The notes: generated by a model not told the origin, from the sequence alone. 64,000 nucleotides of DNA from Pseudomonadota bacterium (GCA_021798835.1 JAJZBQ010000011.1:7005-71004); one strand, 5' to 3'; shown: positions 32,087-44,292, counted from the stretch's first letter. A program made the numbers and translations.

Positions 32087-33598
32087 TCAGGCCGCTGATG
32101 TAACGCGCAGATTGAAGTCGAGATCCAACTGATGGGGATGCTCCTCACCGCATGGTTGCTCCAGCGACAGCAAGTAGGACTCATCGACATCTCCCGTGAT
32201 ATAACGCCCACTGAAGCAAGAAGTATCGAACTCCAGCACGCCATAACGTGCCCCATCCATGGCCAGCTCAAGATCTCCCAAATCTTGATAAAACACACGA
32301 TCAGCCCCAATTTCTCGGGCAATAGCCACATCATCCCGTCCCGTCGCCAACAATTCCTGACGGGTCGGCATATCGATACCGTAAACATTGGGAAAACGCA
32401 CAGGAGGGGCCGCGGAGGCAAAATACACGCGACGAGCCCCGCAATCTCGAGCCATCTGCACGATTTCCCGGCTGGTGGTCCCACGCACAATAGAATCATC
32501 GACCAGCAGAACCGACTTGTCGCGAAACTCTTGAGCAACGGCATTGAGTTTCTGCCGCACCGAACGTTTGCGTTCAGCTTGCCCAGGCATGATAAAAGTG
32601 CGACCAATATAGCGATTCTTGATAAACCCTTCGCGGTAGGGAACCCCCAGCGTAGTAGCCAGTTGCAATGCACTGGGACGGCTGGTATCGGGAATTGGAA
32701 TCACCACATCCACGCCCAACTCAGGTGCTAACTGGCGGATACGCTGTCCCAGACGCTCTCCCATGCGCAAGCGAGTTTCATAGACCGAAATTCCATCTAT
32801 CACCGAATCGGGACGTGCCAAGTAAACAAACTCAAAGATACAAGGCACCTTGCGAGCCAGTGGAGCACAAGAACGGGCTTCAAATCCTCCATCAAATCCC
32901 ATGAACAGGGCTTCTCCCGGCTCCACATCGCGTAGCAAGGTAAATCCCAAGGCATCCAGCGCCACGCTTTCCGAGGCAACCATGTATTCCGTACCCTGCG
33001 CTGTCTGGTGTTTCCCCACCACCAGCGGACGAATTCCATAGGGGTCACGAAAAGCCAATAACCCCCGACCCGCAATCAGGGCCACCACTGCATAGGCACC
33101 ACGACAACGCTGATGTACCCGAGACACCGCCTCAAAAATCTCATCCGTTGTAAGATGCTTCCCCTGAGCCACCGCATCCAGTTCGTGGGCCAGTACATTG
33201 AGCAGCACTTCCGAATCGGAACGAGTGTTGACGTGACGACGATCCTGCTGAAAAAGCTCCTCACGCAACACCGCAGTATTCGTCAAGTTCCCGTTATGCC
33301 CCAGCACAAGACCAAATGGAGAGTTGACATAAAACGGCTGCGCCTCAGCCGGAGATACGGCCGAACCCGCAGTAGGATAGCGGCAATGGGCAATTCCCGC
33401 ATGGCCAAGCAGAGAACGCATGTCACGGGTACGAAAGACATCACGTACCAGCCCCAGTCCTTTGTGCATATGAAAGGTACTGTCCTGAGCAGTGGCAATC
33501 CCTGCCGCATCCTGCCCACGATGCTGCAGCAACTGCAACGCATCGTAGAGCAACTGATTGACAGGAGATTTTGCCACTACGCCCACAATGCCACACAT
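32087..33598 (-). CDS. purF: Amidophosphoribosyltransferase
   Basis: MCGIVG, QHRGQDAAG, DDSIVRGTT. Confidence 0.98.
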   Translation of the reverse strand: MCGIVGVVAKSPVNQLLYDALQLLQHRGQDAAGIATAQDSTFHMHKGLGLVRDVFRTRDMRSLLGHAGIAHCRYPTAGSAVSPAEAQPFYVNSPFGLVLGHNGNLTNTAVLREELFQQDRRHVNTRSDSEVLLNVLAHELDAVAQGKHLTTDEIFEAVSRVHQRCRGAYAVVALIAGRGLLAFRDPYGIRPLVVGKHQTAQGTEYMVASESVALDALGFTLLRDVEPGEALFMGFDGGFEARSCAPLARKVPCIFEFVYLARPDSVIDGISVYETRLRMGERLGQRIRQLAPELGVDVVIPIPDTSRPSALQLATTLGVPYREGFIKNRYIGRTFIMPGQAERKRSVRQKLNAVAQEFRDKSVLLVDDSIVRGTTSREIVQMARDCGARRVYFASAAPPVRFPNVYGIDMPTRQELLATGRDDVAIAREIGADRVFYQDLGDLELAMDGARYGVLEFDTSCFSGRYITGDVDESYLLSLEQPCGEEHPHQLDLDFNLRVTSAA

Positions 33599-33669
33599 TT
33601 ACCCCGCCCTCTTGCCATGTCTGGGTGCCATTCTACCGCAAAAGTCCTGTGTCCTGCTGTCCTTCACAC

Positions 33670-33698
33670 TTGATGTAGCCCACATGTTGCCGTACCAT
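33670..33698 (+). promoter_or_regulatory. Candidate sigma70 promoter for cvpA (near-leaderless transcript)
   Basis: TTGATG-17 bp-TACCAT ending 10 nt before the ATG; no SD sequence seen. Confidence 0.35.
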
Positions 33699-33708
33699 AC
33701 AGAGCACC

Positions 33709-34239
33709 ATGCACGATTATGCCCCTACTTTTCTGGCCGACTACCTGAATACCCTGACCTGGGTAGATTTGATCCTTGTCGGGATACTGTTGGTATCCAC
33801 CTTATGGGGCTGGGTACGTGGCATGATCGGGGAATTGTTGGGTCTATTGGGCTGGATTCTGGGTTTCTGGGGTGCCCGTCTGGGAACCCCCCTGCTGGCC
33901 CCCTACCTGACCCCCATCACCCAACAGACATTGCGCTGGGCGGTTGCTTTCATCATCATTCTGGTGATCATACTGATCACCGTAAAAATTCTGTCTTCCT
34001 TACTGCAAAAGGGTGCCGCACACTTGGGACTCAAGGGTCTGGACGGTTTACTGGGGGCCACATTTGGCTTTTTGCGCGGGGCCGTACTGGATTTGATCCT
34101 GCTGTTGCTGGCCGGGACTACCCCGCTTCCCCATGAATCAGCATGGACCAATGCCCGCTTCATCCCGCTGGCCATGAAGGGGGTCACCCCGGTTCTGCAT
34201 TGGTTACCTAGCCAAGTGGCTCAATATTTTCACTACTAG
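33709..34239 (+). CDS. cvpA: CvpA (colicin V production) family membrane protein
   Basis: DLILVGILL..GWVRG..ELLGL, LDGLLGATFGFLRG. Confidence 0.92.
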   Translation: MHDYAPTFLADYLNTLTWVDLILVGILLVSTLWGWVRGMIGELLGLLGWILGFWGARLGTPLLAPYLTPITQQTLRWAVAFIIILVIILITVKILSSLLQKGAAHLGLKGLDGLLGATFGFLRGAVLDLILLLLAGTTPLPHESAWTNARFIPLAMKGVTPVLHWLPSQVAQYFHY

Positions 34240-34275
34240 GCAGTGGCAATAAAGCATAACTCTACAACGCTTGGA

Positions 34276-34821
34276 TCATGGTTGGGAGACACGCATCGCT
34301 TTGATTCCCAACGTAGTCAGTCGTTTCAGTGCATGATCACCTTCACCAGCCGTAGCAAACGGTCCCACACGAACCCGCCAGCGCGCGCCCCCCGCCACAG
34401 TTAACGGCTCAATCTGGGGAATGAACCCCATTTTATGCAACTTTTTATCCAACACAAGCACACCATCATGGTGTGCAAATACCCCAACCTGTACCCATAT
34501 CCGCTCAGTCTCTGGAGCAGGAAGCGATGACTTGGGCAACGGCTTCTGTACCACCGGCTTGATCGCCGGTTCCGGGGGAAGTTCTACGGCTTCGAGTTTG
34601 GTCGTCATTGTTGGCACCGAAGTCTGCGAAGGGACAGATACAGGAACCGGCAACTCCGACCGGGTGACTGGCGTGATGGCAGACACCTGCTGCTTGGGTT
34701 GACGAGACTGTCCCATCAACCATGGAATAGCAATAATAGCGACTCCCGCAATCATAATGACTCCGATGAGGCGACGCCGATGACGTGTACGCAAACTCTC
34801 CGGGTCTACTTCGGTAACCAT
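34276..34821 (-). CDS. dedD: SPOR-domain cell division protein (DedD-like)
   Basis: RRRLIG + TM, Pro-rich linker, WVQVGVF..RVRVGPF SPOR domain; start placed at MVTEV. Confidence 0.85.
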   Translation of the reverse strand: MVTEVDPESLRTRHRRRLIGVIMIAGVAIIAIPWLMGQSRQPKQQVSAITPVTRSELPVPVSVPSQTSVPTMTTKLEAVELPPEPAIKPVVQKPLPKSSLPAPETERIWVQVGVFAHHDGVLVLDKKLHKMGFIPQIEPLTVAGGARWRVRVGPFATAGEGDHALKRLTTLGIKAMRVSQP

Positions 34822-34825
34822 TACC

Positions 34826-35698
34826 CTAACGCACTCCTTCCTCAGGGTCCAGAGCCAGCATTCCCAACAAGTTGGCAATACGCGCCCTTTGCTGGCGTCG
34901 ATCCATGATCATGTCAATGGCCCCTTTATTCAACAAAAACTCTGAGCGTTGAAATCCGTCCGGCAAAACTTCACGAACCGTCTGCTCGATGACACGAGGT
35001 CCAGCAAAACCGATCAGAGCGTTGGGTTCAGCAATCACCACATCGCCAATCATGGCAAAACTGGCGGAGACCCCACCCATAGTAGGATCCGTCAGCACTG
35101 AAACAAAAGGCAACCGAGCCTCTGCCAAACGTGTCAATGCCGCACAAGTCTTAGCCATTTGCATCAGGGATAATAGTCCCTCCTGCATGCGTGCCCCACC
35201 ACTGGCCAGAAAACAGATATAAGGGCATTGACTATCCAACGCTGCTCGCACGCCTCGAACAAAACGCTCCCCAACCACGGAGCCCATGGACCCACCCATA
35301 AATTCGAACTCAAAAGCAGCCGCCACGATGGCCTGCCCTTCCAGGGTACCCTGCATCACCACCAAGGCATCTTTTTCCGAGGTATTGGCCTGGGCATCGG
35401 TAAGCCGTTCACTATAGCGACGACTATCCTTGAACTTGAGCGGATCCAGAGGAACGATTTCACCGGCCAACTCTACCCGCCCATCAGGATCGAGAAATGC
35501 ATCCAAACGGCGACGAGCAGAAATACGCAAATGATGGTTGCATTTGGGACAAACCTGTAGATTGGCTGCCAGATCATCGCGGTACAAAACCGCTTCGCAT
35601 GACGGACATTTGACCCACAGTCCTTCAGGAACTGACCCTTTGGAAATATTTTTGTCACGCTTGATGCGCGGCGGCAGTAATTTTTTGAACCAACTCAT
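34826..35698 (-). CDS. accD: Acetyl-CoA carboxylase carboxyltransferase beta
   Basis: [13 protein letters not shown] zinc finger, [19 protein letters not shown]. Confidence 0.98.
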   Translation of the reverse strand: MSWFKKLLPPRIKRDKNISKGSVPEGLWVKCPSCEAVLYRDDLAANLQVCPKCNHHLRISARRRLDAFLDPDGRVELAGEIVPLDPLKFKDSRRYSERLTDAQANTSEKDALVVMQGTLEGQAIVAAAFEFEFMGGSMGSVVGERFVRGVRAALDSQCPYICFLASGGARMQEGLLSLMQMAKTCAALTRLAEARLPFVSVLTDPTMGGVSASFAMIGDVVIAEPNALIGFAGPRVIEQTVREVLPDGFQRSEFLLNKGAIDMIMDRRQQRARIANLLGMLALDPEEGVR

Positions 35699-36498
35699 GA
35701 AGCATTGTCCAGTGCGTGACGAAATTCACGCATCAATCCCTCAACGTTGCCCAGCAATTCTCCTTTGGAACTGGACTCGATGGTTTCCACCAATCGAGAT
35801 CCAACCACAATGGCATCGGCAACTTCCCCCAGGCAACGCGCTGTCTCACCATCGCGAATACCAAAACCAACCCCAACAGGAACCGTTGCCTGACGGCGAA
35901 TGCGTGCCACTTGGGCAGCTACTGCCTCGACATCAATGGTGGCCGCTCCCGTCACACCACGCAATGAAACATAGTACAGGTAACCAGTGGCCAGTTGTGC
36001 GATTTCTTGAATACGCGTTTCTGTCGTTGTTGGGGCCAGCAAGAAAATCGTATCGATGTCCACCTGCGATAAAGTTTCCTTGAAGCGACGCGCCTCCACC
36101 GGTGGATAGTCCACCACCAGTACTCCATCCACTCCCGCCGCTTGCGCATGTCGAGCGAATGTAGCAAAACCCAGGCGCTCGATGGGATTGGCATAACCCA
36201 TCAGTACGACTGGCGTAAGCGTGTCGGTCTGACGGAACTCCGCCACCACCGCCAGCACATCCGTCAGGGTTACCCCGTTGCTGAGTGCGCGTTCACTGGA
36301 GCGTTGGATCGTCGGACCGTCAGCCATCGGATCGGAAAAAGGAACTCCCAGTTCCAGAATATCAGCCCCACCAGCCACCAGGGCCTGCATAATAGGGACA
36401 GCCATTTCCAGTTGTGGATCGCCCACCGTAAAAAAAGGAATCAGCGCCTTGCGTGCCGTTCCGGCAAGGCGTGCAAAGGTGGTGGCAATTCTTGACAC
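35695..36498 (-). CDS. trpA: Tryptophan synthase alpha
   Basis: [27 protein letters not shown]. Confidence 0.97.
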   Translation of the reverse strand: MSRIATTFARLAGTARKALIPFFTVGDPQLEMAVPIMQALVAGGADILELGVPFSDPMADGPTIQRSSERALSNGVTLTDVLAVVAEFRQTDTLTPVVLMGYANPIERLGFATFARHAQAAGVDGVLVVDYPPVEARRFKETLSQVDIDTIFLLAPTTTETRIQEIAQLATGYLYYVSLRGVTGAATIDVEAVAAQVARIRRQATVPVGVGFGIRDGETARCLGEVADAIVVGSRLVETIESSSKGELLGNVEGLMREFRHALDNAS

Positions 36499-36507
36499 AA
36501 TATTCTC

Positions 36508-37725
36508 CTAAAGTAACAATCCGCTGCGTTCCGCCACGGTTGCCATGTCCTTGTCCCCACGACCCGACAGATTCACCAACAACACCTGCTCAGGACTCAT
36601 GGTGGGAGCCATCTTCATCGCCTGAGCCACCGCATGACTGGACTCGAGAGCAGGGATAATACCTTCCAGACGACAGAGCGAATGAAATGCGTGAAGCGCT
36701 TCCTCGTCAGTAATCGCCTCATAAGAAGCCCGCCCACAATCCTTGAGCCATGAATGTTCCGGCCCAACTCCTGGGTAGTCTAATCCTGCCGAAATGGAAT
36801 GCGTCTCGATAATCTGTCCATGAGCATCCTGTAACAGATAGGTGCGGTTCCCATGCAACACCCCCGGAATTCCTGCTGACAAGGAGGCAGCATGCCGCCC
36901 GCTACTCAATCCATCTCCCGCCGCTTCCACACCGATGAGACGCACCGATTCATGGGGAATATATGGATAAAAGATACCCATGGCATTAGACCCTCCACCG
37001 ACACAGGCCAGTACCACATCGGGTTGCTTTCCAATCAAGTCAGGCATCTGTGTCAGGCATTCACGACCCACCACGGCATTAAAATCGCGCACCAGAGTTG
37101 GATAAGGGTGAGGCCCTGCCACGGTCCCAATGATATAGAACGTTTCATCAACATGGGTCACCCAATCACGCATGGCCTCATTCATGGCATCCTTGAGAGT
37201 CTTTGAGCCGCTCTCCACCGGGACTACCTCTGCACCCAGCAACTTCATGCGATAGACATTCTGAGCTTGACGATGAACATCCTCAGACCCCATGTAAACC
37301 ACGCATTGCATACCATATCGAGCAGCCACGGTAGCCGTGGCTACACCATGCTGACCCGCACCGGTCTCAGCGATGACACGCCGCTTTCCCATGCGACGTG
37401 CCAACATGGCTTGCCCAATGGTATTGTTGATCTTGTGCGCGCCGGTATGATTGAGATCTTCACGCTTGAGATAAATCTGTGCCCCGCCCAATTGAGCAGT
37501 CAGCCGCTTGGCATGGTAAATGGGGCTGGGACGCCCGACATAATGTTTCAGTTCATACGTCAGTTCGGCCAAAAACTCCGGATCCTGGCGATAACGCTCG
37601 TACTGGTGCTTTAGCTCATCAATAGCCGCCACCAAGGTTTCAGACATGAAGGCCCCTCCATAAGGGCCAAAATATCCCTGAGAATCAGGCATGTCATATT
37701 CAAACACTTTCTCTATCGCATTCAT
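36508..37725 (-). CDS. trpB: Tryptophan synthase beta
   Basis: [27 protein letters not shown]. Confidence 0.98.
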   Translation of the reverse strand: MNAIEKVFEYDMPDSQGYFGPYGGAFMSETLVAAIDELKHQYERYRQDPEFLAELTYELKHYVGRPSPIYHAKRLTAQLGGAQIYLKREDLNHTGAHKINNTIGQAMLARRMGKRRVIAETGAGQHGVATATVAARYGMQCVVYMGSEDVHRQAQNVYRMKLLGAEVVPVESGSKTLKDAMNEAMRDWVTHVDETFYIIGTVAGPHPYPTLVRDFNAVVGRECLTQMPDLIGKQPDVVLACVGGGSNAMGIFYPYIPHESVRLIGVEAAGDGLSSGRHAASLSAGIPGVLHGNRTYLLQDAHGQIIETHSISAGLDYPGVGPEHSWLKDCGRASYEAITDEEALHAFHSLCRLEGIIPALESSHAVAQAMKMAPTMSPEQVLLVNLSGRGDKDMATVAERSGLLL

Positions 37726-38363
37726 CCATTTTCTCCATCACGACGCTGAGCTTCAGCCACCGCCGCCAAAAATCGCCGCACACGCATGCGGTCTTTGCGT
37801 CCCGGTTCTCGTTCCACACCACTACTCACATCCACTGCCCACGGATGCACTTGACATATGGCTTCTCCTACATTGTGCGCCGTCAAGCCTCCCGAAACCA
37901 CAACAGGATACGGAGAATGTGTCGGCAAATACCCCCAATCAAAGGTCTGCCCCGTACCGCCGGGCACCCCAGGAACATAAGCATCTACCAGAATTCCCTG
38001 TGCCTTTTCATACTTCAGCGCAAATTGTACCAAATCGAAGCCTTCCTGAACGCGTGCCGCCTTGATAAAGGGCAAGCCATAGCGATCGCAATCAGCAGGC
38101 GACTCGTCGCCATGAAACTGAAGACAGTCGAGCGCTACCCCTTGGCAAATGCGTTCAACCTCCTCAGGCTCATGATTCACAAACAAGCCGACCAACGTCA
38201 CAAAAGGCGGAACAACGGCACGGATAGCCTGAGCTACTGGCAGCGTGACGGCCCGTGGACTGGCTGCATAAAACACCAGACCCAGAGCATCGACCCCTGC
38301 CTGCGCCACCTCTCTGGCATCCTCTACCGTGGTCAGGCCACAAACCTTTACCCGTGTCCTCAT
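37722..38363 (-). CDS. trpF: Phosphoribosylanthranilate isomerase
   Basis: [29 protein letters not shown]; ATG overlaps the asd stop (ATGA). Confidence 0.96.
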   Translation of the reverse strand: MRTRVKVCGLTTVEDAREVAQAGVDALGLVFYAASPRAVTLPVAQAIRAVVPPFVTLVGLFVNHEPEEVERICQGVALDCLQFHGDESPADCDRYGLPFIKAARVQEGFDLVQFALKYEKAQGILVDAYVPGVPGGTGQTFDWGYLPTHSPYPVVVSGGLTAHNVGEAICQVHPWAVDVSSGVEREPGRKDRMRVRRFLAAVAEAQRRDGENG

Positions 38364-39499
38364 GATCCATGAGCCAACAACAGGCGCAGCATACGCCGTA
38401 ACGGTTCTGCAGCCCCCCACAGCAACTGATCTCCCACAGTAAAGGCCCCCAAATATTCTGGACCCATGGCCAGGGTATGCAAGCGTCCCACTGGAACTTG
38501 CAGTGTTCCACTCACGGCAGCGGGAGTCAGACTACGCTCGCTGGCCTCACGTTCATTGGGAATGACACGTACCCAGTCATTGGCTGCCGCAATCAGTGCT
38601 TCAACCTCAGACAGCGGAACTGCGCGACGCAGTTTCACCGTCAAACCCTGGGAATGACAACGCATGGCACCGACACGCACGCATAACCCATCGACGGGGA
38701 TGCTACCCGGTGCACGAAAAGGCGGCAATCCGAGAATCTTGTTGCATTCAGCCCCCCCTTTCCACTCCTCCTTGCTCTGCCCATGATCCACCGGAATATC
38801 GATCCAGGGAATCAAACTACCCGCCAGCGGAACACCGCGAAAATTCTCTACCGGCAACATATTTCCGCGCAACATCTCACTGATCTTGCGATCAATATCC
38901 AAAATGGCGGAAGCCGTATCATTCAGAGAATCTGCTACCGCACCATGCAAAGATCCCATTTGCTGAATCAACTCGCGCATATTCTGCGCCCCAGCGCCGG
39001 AAGCCGCCTGGTAGGTCATCGCCGACACCCACTCGACGAGTCCTGCCTGAAATAATCCACCCAACGCCATCAACATCAGGCTGACCGTACAGTTACCCCC
39101 AATGTAATCACGCACACCATCATCCAAACCACGTTCTATTACCGTCCGATTGACCGGATCAAGCACAATCAACGCATTCGGCTGCATACGTAGCGTAGAG
39201 GCGGCATCAATCCAGAAACCTGTCCATCCGCGGGCACGCAATGCACCATGAACACGCTGGGTATAGTCACCTCCCTGACAAGTCAGGATCACATCCAACG
39301 CAGACAGTGCCTCCAGATCGTAGGCATCGGCCAATATCCCCGTGCGACCTGCCACCACGGGAGCTGCCTCCCCAGCCTGCGACGTACTGAAAAACACCGG
39401 TTGGCAATGATCAAAATCCCGTTCTGCTTCCATGCGTTGCATCAACACAGATCCCACCATGCCGCGCCAACCCACCAATCCCACGGTTTTCATGATCAT
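38360..39499 (-). CDS. asd: Aspartate-semialdehyde dehydrogenase
   Basis: [27 protein letters not shown]. Confidence 0.97.
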   Translation of the reverse strand: MIMKTVGLVGWRGMVGSVLMQRMEAERDFDHCQPVFFSTSQAGEAAPVVAGRTGILADAYDLEALSALDVILTCQGGDYTQRVHGALRARGWTGFWIDAASTLRMQPNALIVLDPVNRTVIERGLDDGVRDYIGGNCTVSLMLMALGGLFQAGLVEWVSAMTYQAASGAGAQNMRELIQQMGSLHGAVADSLNDTASAILDIDRKISEMLRGNMLPVENFRGVPLAGSLIPWIDIPVDHGQSKEEWKGGAECNKILGLPPFRAPGSIPVDGLCVRVGAMRCHSQGLTVKLRRAVPLSEVEALIAAANDWVRVIPNEREASERSLTPAAVSGTLQVPVGRLHTLAMGPEYLGAFTVGDQLLWGAAEPLRRMLRLLLAHGS

Positions 39500-40569
39500 C
39501 CTCGCTGCAAAACGGCGACCACAGCATCTCCCATGACGGAAGTTGACACCACCGCCTCACCAGCCTGGGCAATATCTGCCGTACGTAATCCCTGCGCCAA
39601 AACCTGGCGCACTGCGGCCTCAATACGATCTGCGAGATCCGGTCTTTCGAGGGAATAGCGGAACATCATGGCCACAGAAAGAATCTGCGCCAATGGGTTA
39701 GCCTTTCCCTGGCCGGCAATATCCGGCGCACTACCGTGAATCGGTTCATACAATCCCTGGCCACGCGCATTGAGCGACGCGGAAGGCAACATGCCAATGG
39801 ACCCCGTCAGCATGGAAGCTTCATCGGAAAGAATGTCCCCAAAAATATTACCCGTCACGATGACATCGAACTGACGGGGATTCCGTACCAACTGCATGGC
39901 AGCATTATCGACCAGCATGTGACTCAGCACCACATCGGGGTACTCGACTGCAACCTCGGTCACCACATCACGCCATAACTGGGTAGATTCCAGCACATTC
40001 ATCTTGTCCACCGAACAAAGTCGCTTCTGACGACGTTGTGCTGCCTGGAATCCCCAATGAGCAACACGGCGAATCTCCGACTCGGCGTAGACCATGGTAT
40101 TAAATCCTTCTCGCTCTCCGGCCGCATTGGTGCGTATCCCGCGCGGTTCACCAAAGTAAATATCGCCGGTGAGTTCGCGAATGATCAGGATATCCAGCCC
40201 CGATACCACCTCTGGACGCAAGGTAGAAGCTGCTGCCAACTCCGGAAACACTTGGGCAGGACGCAGATTGGCAAACAGGTCCAAGGCCTTGCGCAAACGT
40301 AAAAGACCACGCTCAGGACGCTGATGGCGCGGCAAAGTGTCATATTGTGGCCCCCCAATGGCACCAAACAACACAGCATCCGCCACTTCACACTGATGCA
40401 ATGTAGTCGCTGGCAAAGGATCACCCACAGCATCCACCGCCGCTCCACCCACCAAGGCGGATTCCAACTCCATATCCACCCCTTCACGCTGAAAAACCGA
40501 CAACACCTTCAGCGCTTCGGCTACGATCTCCGGCCCAATCCCATCTCCTGCCAACACGGCAATCTTCAT
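39496..40569 (-). CDS. leuB: 3-isopropylmalate dehydrogenase
   Basis: [30 protein letters not shown]; start placed at MKIAV. Confidence 0.97.
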   Translation of the reverse strand: MKIAVLAGDGIGPEIVAEALKVLSVFQREGVDMELESALVGGAAVDAVGDPLPATTLHQCEVADAVLFGAIGGPQYDTLPRHQRPERGLLRLRKALDLFANLRPAQVFPELAAASTLRPEVVSGLDILIIRELTGDIYFGEPRGIRTNAAGEREGFNTMVYAESEIRRVAHWGFQAAQRRQKRLCSVDKMNVLESTQLWRDVVTEVAVEYPDVVLSHMLVDNAAMQLVRNPRQFDVIVTGNIFGDILSDEASMLTGSIGMLPSASLNARGQGLYEPIHGSAPDIAGQGKANPLAQILSVAMMFRYSLERPDLADRIEAAVRQVLAQGLRTADIAQAGEAVVSTSVMGDAVVAVLQRG

Positions 40570-40662
40570 ACGACGTACCCTCGCCCCCAAAAATACGCCT
40601 GATTATACCCCGAGATCTCCTATTCCTTCCGGCTCCGCGAGCAACAACCGACCAGTCCCCTT

Positions 40663-43374
40663 CTAAAGATCACTCCAACCATCTGGAATTTTGAATTCCC
40701 GATACCAAAGCGCCACCTGATCAGCACTCATGGGGCGGGCGATGACATAGCCTTGCCCCAACTGGCAACCCATTTCCAATAATTTTCTGCCATGGTGACA
40801 AGTCTCGACCCCCTCAGCGATCACCTCCTTCTGAAACGCGTTGGCCAAACTGATAACCCCCTGGGTAATGGATAGATCATCCGCATCCTCCAACATACCC
40901 TGCACAAAAGAAAGGTCGATCTTGATGGAGTCTACCGGAAGCCGCCTCAAGTAGGATAGAGAGGCATAGCCCGTGCCAAAATCATCAATGGAAAAGCGAA
41001 GCCCCATATCCAGACACTGATTCATCTTGTGAATGGCAGAATCCATGTCACCAATGGCAGCCGTTTCCAGTATTTCCAGTTTGATCGAACCTTTTTCGAG
41101 AAGAGGGTATCTGGAAACCATATCCGTAATAAAATCGACAAACCCATGAAATTGAAGGTGTCGGGCAATCAGATTGATACTGACGCTCAGGTTTATCCCC
41201 TGTTTTCTCCAGGCATCGGCCTGTGAAAAAGCCTGAGCAATCACCCATTCTGACAAGCGTATCTCAAATTCACTGTTCTCGATCAGTACCAGAAATTCAC
41301 CCGGTGCCAACAATCCTCGCTCGGGATGTTGCCAGCGCAACAAGGCTTCCATACTGACAATGGTCCAACTGCACATATTGACAATGGGCTGGTAGTACAA
41401 CGTCAATTCCCGATCTTCCAAGGCCTGCTCGATACGCAACAGTCCCTCTGAGCGAACCTGCGCCAGATGATCCGTTACCGCATCAAAAAAATGGATACGC
41501 TGCCGACCCTTTTGCTTGGCGATATACATGGCCTGATCTGCATGGCGAAGCAACGTAGATCCATCCGTCAGATGATCAGGATAGATGGCCACGCCAATGC
41601 TGGAAGTCAGGCGGGTTTCCAGTCCGGAAACTATGAGCGGAGCCTCTATAGACTGCATCACGCGTCCCAGCATCTCACGGCATTCCTGTTCTCCAGAGAC
41701 TCTGGGAAGAATCATGATAAATTCATCACCACCAAATCGGGCAACGGTATCTGTTAATCGAGAAGCCGATACGAGTCGCCGCGCAATTTCTATCAACACC
41801 TTGTCACCCAAGGCATGACCATAGGTATCGTTGATCCTCTTGAAACCATCCAGATCCAGAAAACAAACCGCAACATTACCCCCAGAACGATTGGCTTGAG
41901 CGACAGCCATATCCAACCGATCATTGAGTAACACCCGATTGGGAAGTCCCGTCAGAGGGTCATGATGAATCAAACGTTCCAGTTTTTGTTGCTGGTTCTT
42001 GAGTTCCGTGATGTCATTGACGATGACCACGAAATACTCCACAACACCCTGGTCACCACGAACAGCACGCACAGCAATCTGGGCATGGATCAGCGCACCA
42101 TCCTTCCTGATACAACGTTTGATCTGTTCAAACTCCTCCAAATCTCCCCGCATGACAAATTCCCTCATCCGCAAACTTTCGCTCACATCTTCCGGATGCG
42201 TGAATTCAATCCAACTCATGCCGATCAACTCTTTTTTCGAATATCCCAACAAGGTGCACAGGGCATCATTGACCTCACAAAAGCGATAATCTGGTGTCGC
42301 CGCCGCCATTCCCACCATCGCCCGTTCGAAGTACGCTCTGAAATGCCGCTCGCTCGCCACCAATTGGCCCTTGATTTGTACCCGTTCGCGCTCACGATCA
42401 AAGCTATCCAGTGCAAAGGATACGTCACGAGCCATTTCATCCAGTAAATCAATTGCCTGAGGATCAAAGGCTTTTTCATCCGTATGGTAAACACTCAGCA
42501 CTGCAAAAGGACGGTCCGCACGCCGTATCGGGAACGCGGCCACACTCCCCCATCCAAAGGAACGTGCCAATGCATGCCAGGGACGCGTCATTTCACTTTG
42601 TAAAAAGTGATCGACGACCACAACCCGATTTTCACGAAACGCCGTGCCAACTGGCCCCCGCCCTTCCGGAAAGGACTCACTGGTTGCAATACTGACTTGT
42701 GACAGATAGTCCTGCCCGCGACCATAACAAAAAACAGATTTGATGAGCCCACCTTCGGCACTCTCCTGACCCACGGAAGCCAGCACCATTCCACCATGAT
42801 CCACCGCCATGCGGCATACCAGAGGAAACAATAATTCTTCACTCTCCATGCGCACGATCGCTTGATTAACTTCACTCAGCGCACTATAGAGTCTGCTCAG
42901 ATACTCTACCCTGGCTTCTTTGATACGACGATCCGTTACATCCAGAACGATACCGCGGATCAAATTGCCTCTCCCCGAGGAATCTCGACGAATAACCTCC
43001 CCCTTAACCCATAACCAGTGAATCGAGTGATCTGGCCAGATCACTCGAAAATCAAAGGCGTACTGAAAAGGCCCTCCGGGTACCAAACAAGACTCGATTG
43101 CAGAAAAACAACGCTCCCGATCAGATTCATGGGTGGCATTGAGGAAAGTGGAGGAATGCCAGTGGTCCTGCCATTCCAACCCATAAAGAGCATCATGATT
43201 GGCCGAGCGTTCCATGGAATCGCGCACAAAATCGTACTCCCACACCGCGACATTGGCCATTTCCGTCGCCATGGTCATCAAACTCTCATCCGTCCGCAAC
43301 AAGCCTACGCGATCGGTCCGCTGTGGTAAATCATCATTCATGTCCGGTATCCTTTCACCAAGCCACGTCCCCAC
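40663..43374 (-). CDS. PAS-GAF-PAS-GGDEF-EAL c-di-GMP enzyme
   Basis: RLTD-x5-GGDEF, EALLRW, IDDFGTGYASL; start may be the downstream MNDD. Confidence 0.92.
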   Translation of the reverse strand: MGTWLGERIPDMNDDLPQRTDRVGLLRTDESLMTMATEMANVAVWEYDFVRDSMERSANHDALYGLEWQDHWHSSTFLNATHESDRERCFSAIESCLVPGGPFQYAFDFRVIWPDHSIHWLWVKGEVIRRDSSGRGNLIRGIVLDVTDRRIKEARVEYLSRLYSALSEVNQAIVRMESEELLFPLVCRMAVDHGGMVLASVGQESAEGGLIKSVFCYGRGQDYLSQVSIATSESFPEGRGPVGTAFRENRVVVVDHFLQSEMTRPWHALARSFGWGSVAAFPIRRADRPFAVLSVYHTDEKAFDPQAIDLLDEMARDVSFALDSFDRERERVQIKGQLVASERHFRAYFERAMVGMAAATPDYRFCEVNDALCTLLGYSKKELIGMSWIEFTHPEDVSESLRMREFVMRGDLEEFEQIKRCIRKDGALIHAQIAVRAVRGDQGVVEYFVVIVNDITELKNQQQKLERLIHHDPLTGLPNRVLLNDRLDMAVAQANRSGGNVAVCFLDLDGFKRINDTYGHALGDKVLIEIARRLVSASRLTDTVARFGGDEFIMILPRVSGEQECREMLGRVMQSIEAPLIVSGLETRLTSSIGVAIYPDHLTDGSTLLRHADQAMYIAKQKGRQRIHFFDAVTDHLAQVRSEGLLRIEQALEDRELTLYYQPIVNMCSWTIVSMEALLRWQHPERGLLAPGEFLVLIENSEFEIRLSEWVIAQAFSQADAWRKQGINLSVSINLIARHLQFHGFVDFITDMVSRYPLLEKGSIKLEILETAAIGDMDSAIHKMNQCLDMGLRFSIDDFGTGYASLSYLRRLPVDSIKIDLSFVQGMLEDADDLSITQGVISLANAFQKEVIAEGVETCHHGRKLLEMGCQLGQGYVIARPMSADQVALWYREFKIPDGWSDL

Positions 43375-43505
43375 TCAAGGGGTCTCGAAGAACCGTCTTG
43401 GAAAATTTTACGCTTTTCTAATTAGTAGTTTACGCCATGACAACATGAATGGGGAGGGGTTTTTATACAGAGTGACAGGAAAATTGTGGGTAAAGGCGAA
43501 AGGGA

Positions 43506-44270
43506 TCAGCATGGCAAATTCCAGCAGGGATCATACTCCACAGCAATCAGGCAAAGTCCACAGGGAGAAAAAGTAGGGGCCGCGCGAGTACGATCACGTT
43601 GAACCAGTAACTCGCTGATCCATTCGGCTCCCTCCTCTTGGCTCCCCACTCGAACCAGTGTCCCCACCAGATTACGTACCATGTGCTGCAAAAAAGCATC
43701 CGCCTGAAATACAAAATGAAACTCATTTCCCACCTGGGAAACTTCAGCGCGTTTCAAGGTTTTGACAGGTGATTTTGCCTGACATTCTGCAGCGCGGAAC
43801 GCACTAAAATCATGGGTCCCCAGTAAACAGGCGCAACCTTCTCGTAAAAAATCCAGATATAACGTGCGATGTGTCCAACCGACCAAACCCGTTTCCAGGG
43901 CAGGCCGCACCGGATCACTGACCAACCGATAGCGGTAGGTGCGCGATCGCGCTGAAAAACGTGCATGAAACGGCTCGGAAACCACCACGGCCCAGCGTAC
44001 GACAAGCCAATCCGGCAAAAGCGCATTGGTGCCACGTATCCAAGCCTGAGATGGGCGATGAGACGTGGTATCGAAATGCACCACCTGGCCTGTGGCGTGT
44101 ACGCCACGATCAGTGCGTCCTGCCGCGATCACGGAAATCACCTGCCCAGCCACCACTGCCAAAGCCCCCTCCAATACCCCCTGAACCGTCGGTACATGGG
44201 GCTGGCGTTGCCAGCCATGTACCGCTCCACCACGGTATTCCACGCCCAGAGCCCAGCGCTGAACCATCAT
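43506..44270 (-). CDS. truA: tRNA pseudouridine(38-40) synthase
   Basis: GWQRQ, AAGRTDRGVHA, FHARFSA, FLQHMVR. Confidence 0.96.
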   Translation of the reverse strand: MMVQRWALGVEYRGGAVHGWQRQPHVPTVQGVLEGALAVVAGQVISVIAAGRTDRGVHATGQVVHFDTTSHRPSQAWIRGTNALLPDWLVVRWAVVVSEPFHARFSARSRTYRYRLVSDPVRPALETGLVGWTHRTLYLDFLREGCACLLGTHDFSAFRAAECQAKSPVKTLKRAEVSQVGNEFHFVFQADAFLQHMVRNLVGTLVRVGSQEEGAEWISELLVQRDRTRAAPTFSPCGLCLIAVEYDPCWNLPC

Positions 44271-44292
44271 GACCTATCCCGATTGGTCCGAC

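Noticed and set aside
33605-34260. Possible inverted repeats flanking cvpA (invertible switch)
   Set aside because: Best match is only 6 bp (TTGCCA/TGGCAA) and no invertase is nearby
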